Of a stretch of DNA of 64,000 nt, positions 61,431-64,000 are shown piece by piece. The position numbers and the translations under genes were made by a program. The notes below the pieces were generated by a model, which made no database searches, was not told the origin of the DNA, and saw only the letters and a list, made by a program, of their open reading frames with translations. This DNA is from Octopus sinensis. Its lineage: Eukaryota. The stretch lies in assembly GCF_006345805.1 (NCBI RefSeq), contig NW_021832971.1, forward strand, positions 20,503 to 84,502, read 5' to 3'. Numbering within the stretch: position 1 is the stretch's first letter; every line of letters starts with the position of its first letter.

Positions 61431-61615
61431 ATTATCGAGTTACATTGTTTTTATTTAGATTCCAACGACAGAGCTTCGTAGCTTTGTTAGAAACCAGCTC
61501 CTTCTTTACAGTAAATAACCTCAAATAACTAGAAATGCATACATACATACTCACATACATATATAGAAACTTCCATACATACATACATACATACATACAT
61601 ACATACATACATACA

Positions 61616-61646
<31 letters not shown>

Positions 61647-61699
61647 GTGATGGCTGCCCCCTCGTTATCGAGTATGGCCATTGCATGAAGCTTAACTGT

Positions 61700-61950
61700 T
61701 ATTGGTGCTGTGATCGAATGTGACTTTTTAGCCCAGCTAAAGATCTACAATGTCTTGTACAGAATTGGCAACTAAAACCTTTACCGGTAATAGCCGGCTG
61801 TAATTGTAACTGGGCTTCATGTACCTTTGCATGTCGTTTAAGTCCTCCTGCCGAATTACACTCTCTTCCACATGCCCGACAGATATGATTAGTATGGTGT
61901 GTTACACCACCACCAGTGGCCAGGTTGTCACTCATCTGTCTCGTTTTATG
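61700..61950 (-). mobile_element. RTE-type LINE 3' end with two C2H2 fingers
   Basis: Reads CRACGRECNSAGGLKRHAKVH ... CQFCTRHCRSLAGLKSHIRS, followed by a noncoding tail and microsatellite. Confidence 0.55.
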
Positions 61951-62034
61951 ACTACGAAGACAAACAAGCATACATACATACATACATACATACATACATA
62001 CATACATACATACATACATACATACATACATAAT

Positions 62035-62225
62035 CTATTTTACAGGTTCAGATTTATACCTGTAATTATTGGGGCCCTGGGATATGTAACACACTGCCTA
62101 AATAGCAATCTTTAGAAATTAGGCTTCTCAAAACCAGAAAGGAGAATGCTAATTCGAAGACTACAGATCCAATCCATCACTGGAACTGTAAAAATCTGTA
62201 AAACTTTCCAGAAGTTTACCATTTA
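62035..62225 (+). mobile_element. RLE-family 3' terminus
   Basis: Reads YRFRFIPVIIGALGYVTHCL...LQIQSITGTVKICKTFQKF. Confidence 0.7.
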
Positions 62226-62467
62226 AATATATATGAGCATTTCTAGATATGTACATACGCAAAGCAAAATACAAATCTGCACATATACATACATACATAC
62301 AAACAATAATACCCTGTTGTTGATGTTGAAGTTCCAATGAAGGAGCCTTGAGTCTAGGTTAGAAACCAGTTCTTTATTGGTAAGAAATCTTGAAATAAAA
62401 TTGACAATGACATACATGCAATCATACATATATACATACATACATATATACTGCCATACATATACAC

Positions 62468-62514
<47 letters not shown>

Positions 62515-63407
62515 CACATCCAAACATGCACATACAGATAACGTGATGGATAAAATAAATTGATTTTATTTACCTGTCGGTATGCCATCTTAACAGCCTG
62601 TATATAAATCCTTCACTCTTATGATAAACTTTTTTTTATCAGTAAATATTACTCCACAGAAATTACTGGTTACTGTCGTAGGAAACCTGGGAGTATCTGT
62701 GTGTACACTCACACACATACACACACACACACATAAAGTTGTCCACCCAACTTTTCGGTCTGATAAAACCAAATACCTGTCAAATACTTGTATCGATATT
62801 CTTGACTACGAACACCCCTCAAAACTGTGATTTATGACTAAGTAAAAAATCCTTCCTTGGTAAAATCCTGTCGACAGTGCAGTATTTGTTGGGTGAATAA
62901 GCAGTGAAATACTCGGCTTCATCGAACGGATTAACCCTTCTTGCCAAATGTCTGGTGTTCTACTTGAATCAGAAACAATATTTATTATTGACGTCGTTGT
63001 TGTTATTTGTTTTTGTTTTTGCTTTTTCCTGTTGTTTTACTTATTCTTATTGTCGCGATTATCTGTCTGTATTGAAAGGTTTTAAATTCGATAATGAAAA
63101 TCGTGCATGGGTACACCGGTTGTGTCACAACTACTGCAACTATTGTCGTTATTGTTCTTTCCCTTATTTGTAGTAGCAGCAGCAGCAGCAGCGTTGCACA
63201 CTATTTAAACCTACCGTATTCTTTAATAATCTCATTATTCCTTCTTTCCAGTTTGTACACTTGAATTTTCTCCCCCTCCCTCCATCTCTCACCAGCCAAT
63301 CTCCCACCATCACCCTCATGATAACACCTTCGCACTTTAATCACTCCGCTCTTCCTCGCTTATCTTCACCTGATAACAAAAACAACAACAAGAGCAGTAA
63401 GAGAGAG

Positions 63408-63762
63408 CAAACCTCCGCCAAGGCAACACCAACGTTCTCTCAATGATTAGCCGGAGAGGATTTTTAAAATGAGAAGATCTGAAATAAACTCGACTTCTCT
63501 CACAAACGACAATTCGAAAAATGAACCCTGCCGCTTTCAAAAATTAAGAAAAACAAAACGGAAAAATAATCCAGAATCCTTGTCCAGAAGCAGATCTATC
63601 CCAAAATCTAATCAATTCATGCCAATCACGAGGCCAAACATCCCTGAAAGTTTCATTCGAATCCATCCAGCGGTTCTTGAGATATCTTGTCCACGGATAA
63701 AACAAACAAACGAACAAACGCGACTGAAAACAATACCTCCGGCTTCGCAAAGGCGGAGGGAA
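63408..63762 (+). mobile_element. Helentron/DINE-1-like non-autonomous element
   Basis: 5' subterminal acctccgcc at 63411 and 3' stem-loop cctccg..ttcgcaaa..cggagg at 63736-63759. Confidence 0.55.
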
Positions 63763-63789
63763 TAACAATGTTTCTTTAAACTGTAGACA

Positions 63790-63960
63790 AAAGGCCTGAG
63801 AAATGGGGGAGGAATAAGTCGATTACATCGATCCCAGTATTCAGCTGGTACACATTTTGTCGATCCTGAAAGGATGAAAGGCAAAGTCAACCTCGGCAGA
63901 ATTTGAACACAGAACGTAAAAACGTACGAAATGCTGTTAAGCATTTAGTCCGGTGCGCCT
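63790..63960 (-). mobile_element. SINE copy
   Basis: Reverse complement of the family core (aggatgaaaggcaaagtcaacctcggcagaatttgaac). Confidence 0.7.
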
Positions 63961-64000
63961 TATCGCACCCTTTCTATTATAGGCTTGAAATGTTGGTTTC

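Noticed and set aside
62770-62990. Exon-like segment encoding RRVNPFDEAEYFTAYSPNKY
   Set aside because: It has stops before the only good donor and no compatible phase; it could still be UTR or part of another transcript.

Overview
AT-rich, microsatellite- and transposon-dense animal DNA. The SINE families and repeat landscape look like an octopus (inference, no search run). One protein-coding gene dominates the window on the minus strand, and the ORF track largely misses it. I assembled nine GT-AG exons by hand with fully compatible phases (47924-47645, 42042-41924, 31757-31687, 30482-30328, 26599-22471, 17742-17630, 16151-16084, 15185-15058, 14682-<1). They encode a cytoplasmic N-terminus, a type II signal-anchor, SEA domain 1, a ~1,370 aa Thr/Pro mucin block, SEA domain 2 and a >4,800 aa mucin block that runs off the window. 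That is about 6,500 aa here, with the C-terminus and the start exon not secured. The topology is inverted relative to vertebrate SEA mucins, and the mucin part alternates basic (KEPITTPKA)n and acidic (TTEEPTTTV)n / (AEQPTTP)n blocks. The giant exons carry many indels, probably assembly errors. The introns and upstream flank hold a Tx1-like LINE inserted in a (GATA)n tract with a 98-bp fold-back 5' junction, and three minimal type I hammerhead ribozymes plus degenerate copies tied to Penelope-like sequence. They also hold tandem Helitron ends, R4/Dong-, RTE-, mariner- and Chapaev3-like relics, several long palindromes, a 3.5-kb 27-bp minisatellite and many SINEs and microsatellites. No rRNA, tRNA gene or CRISPR array was found.
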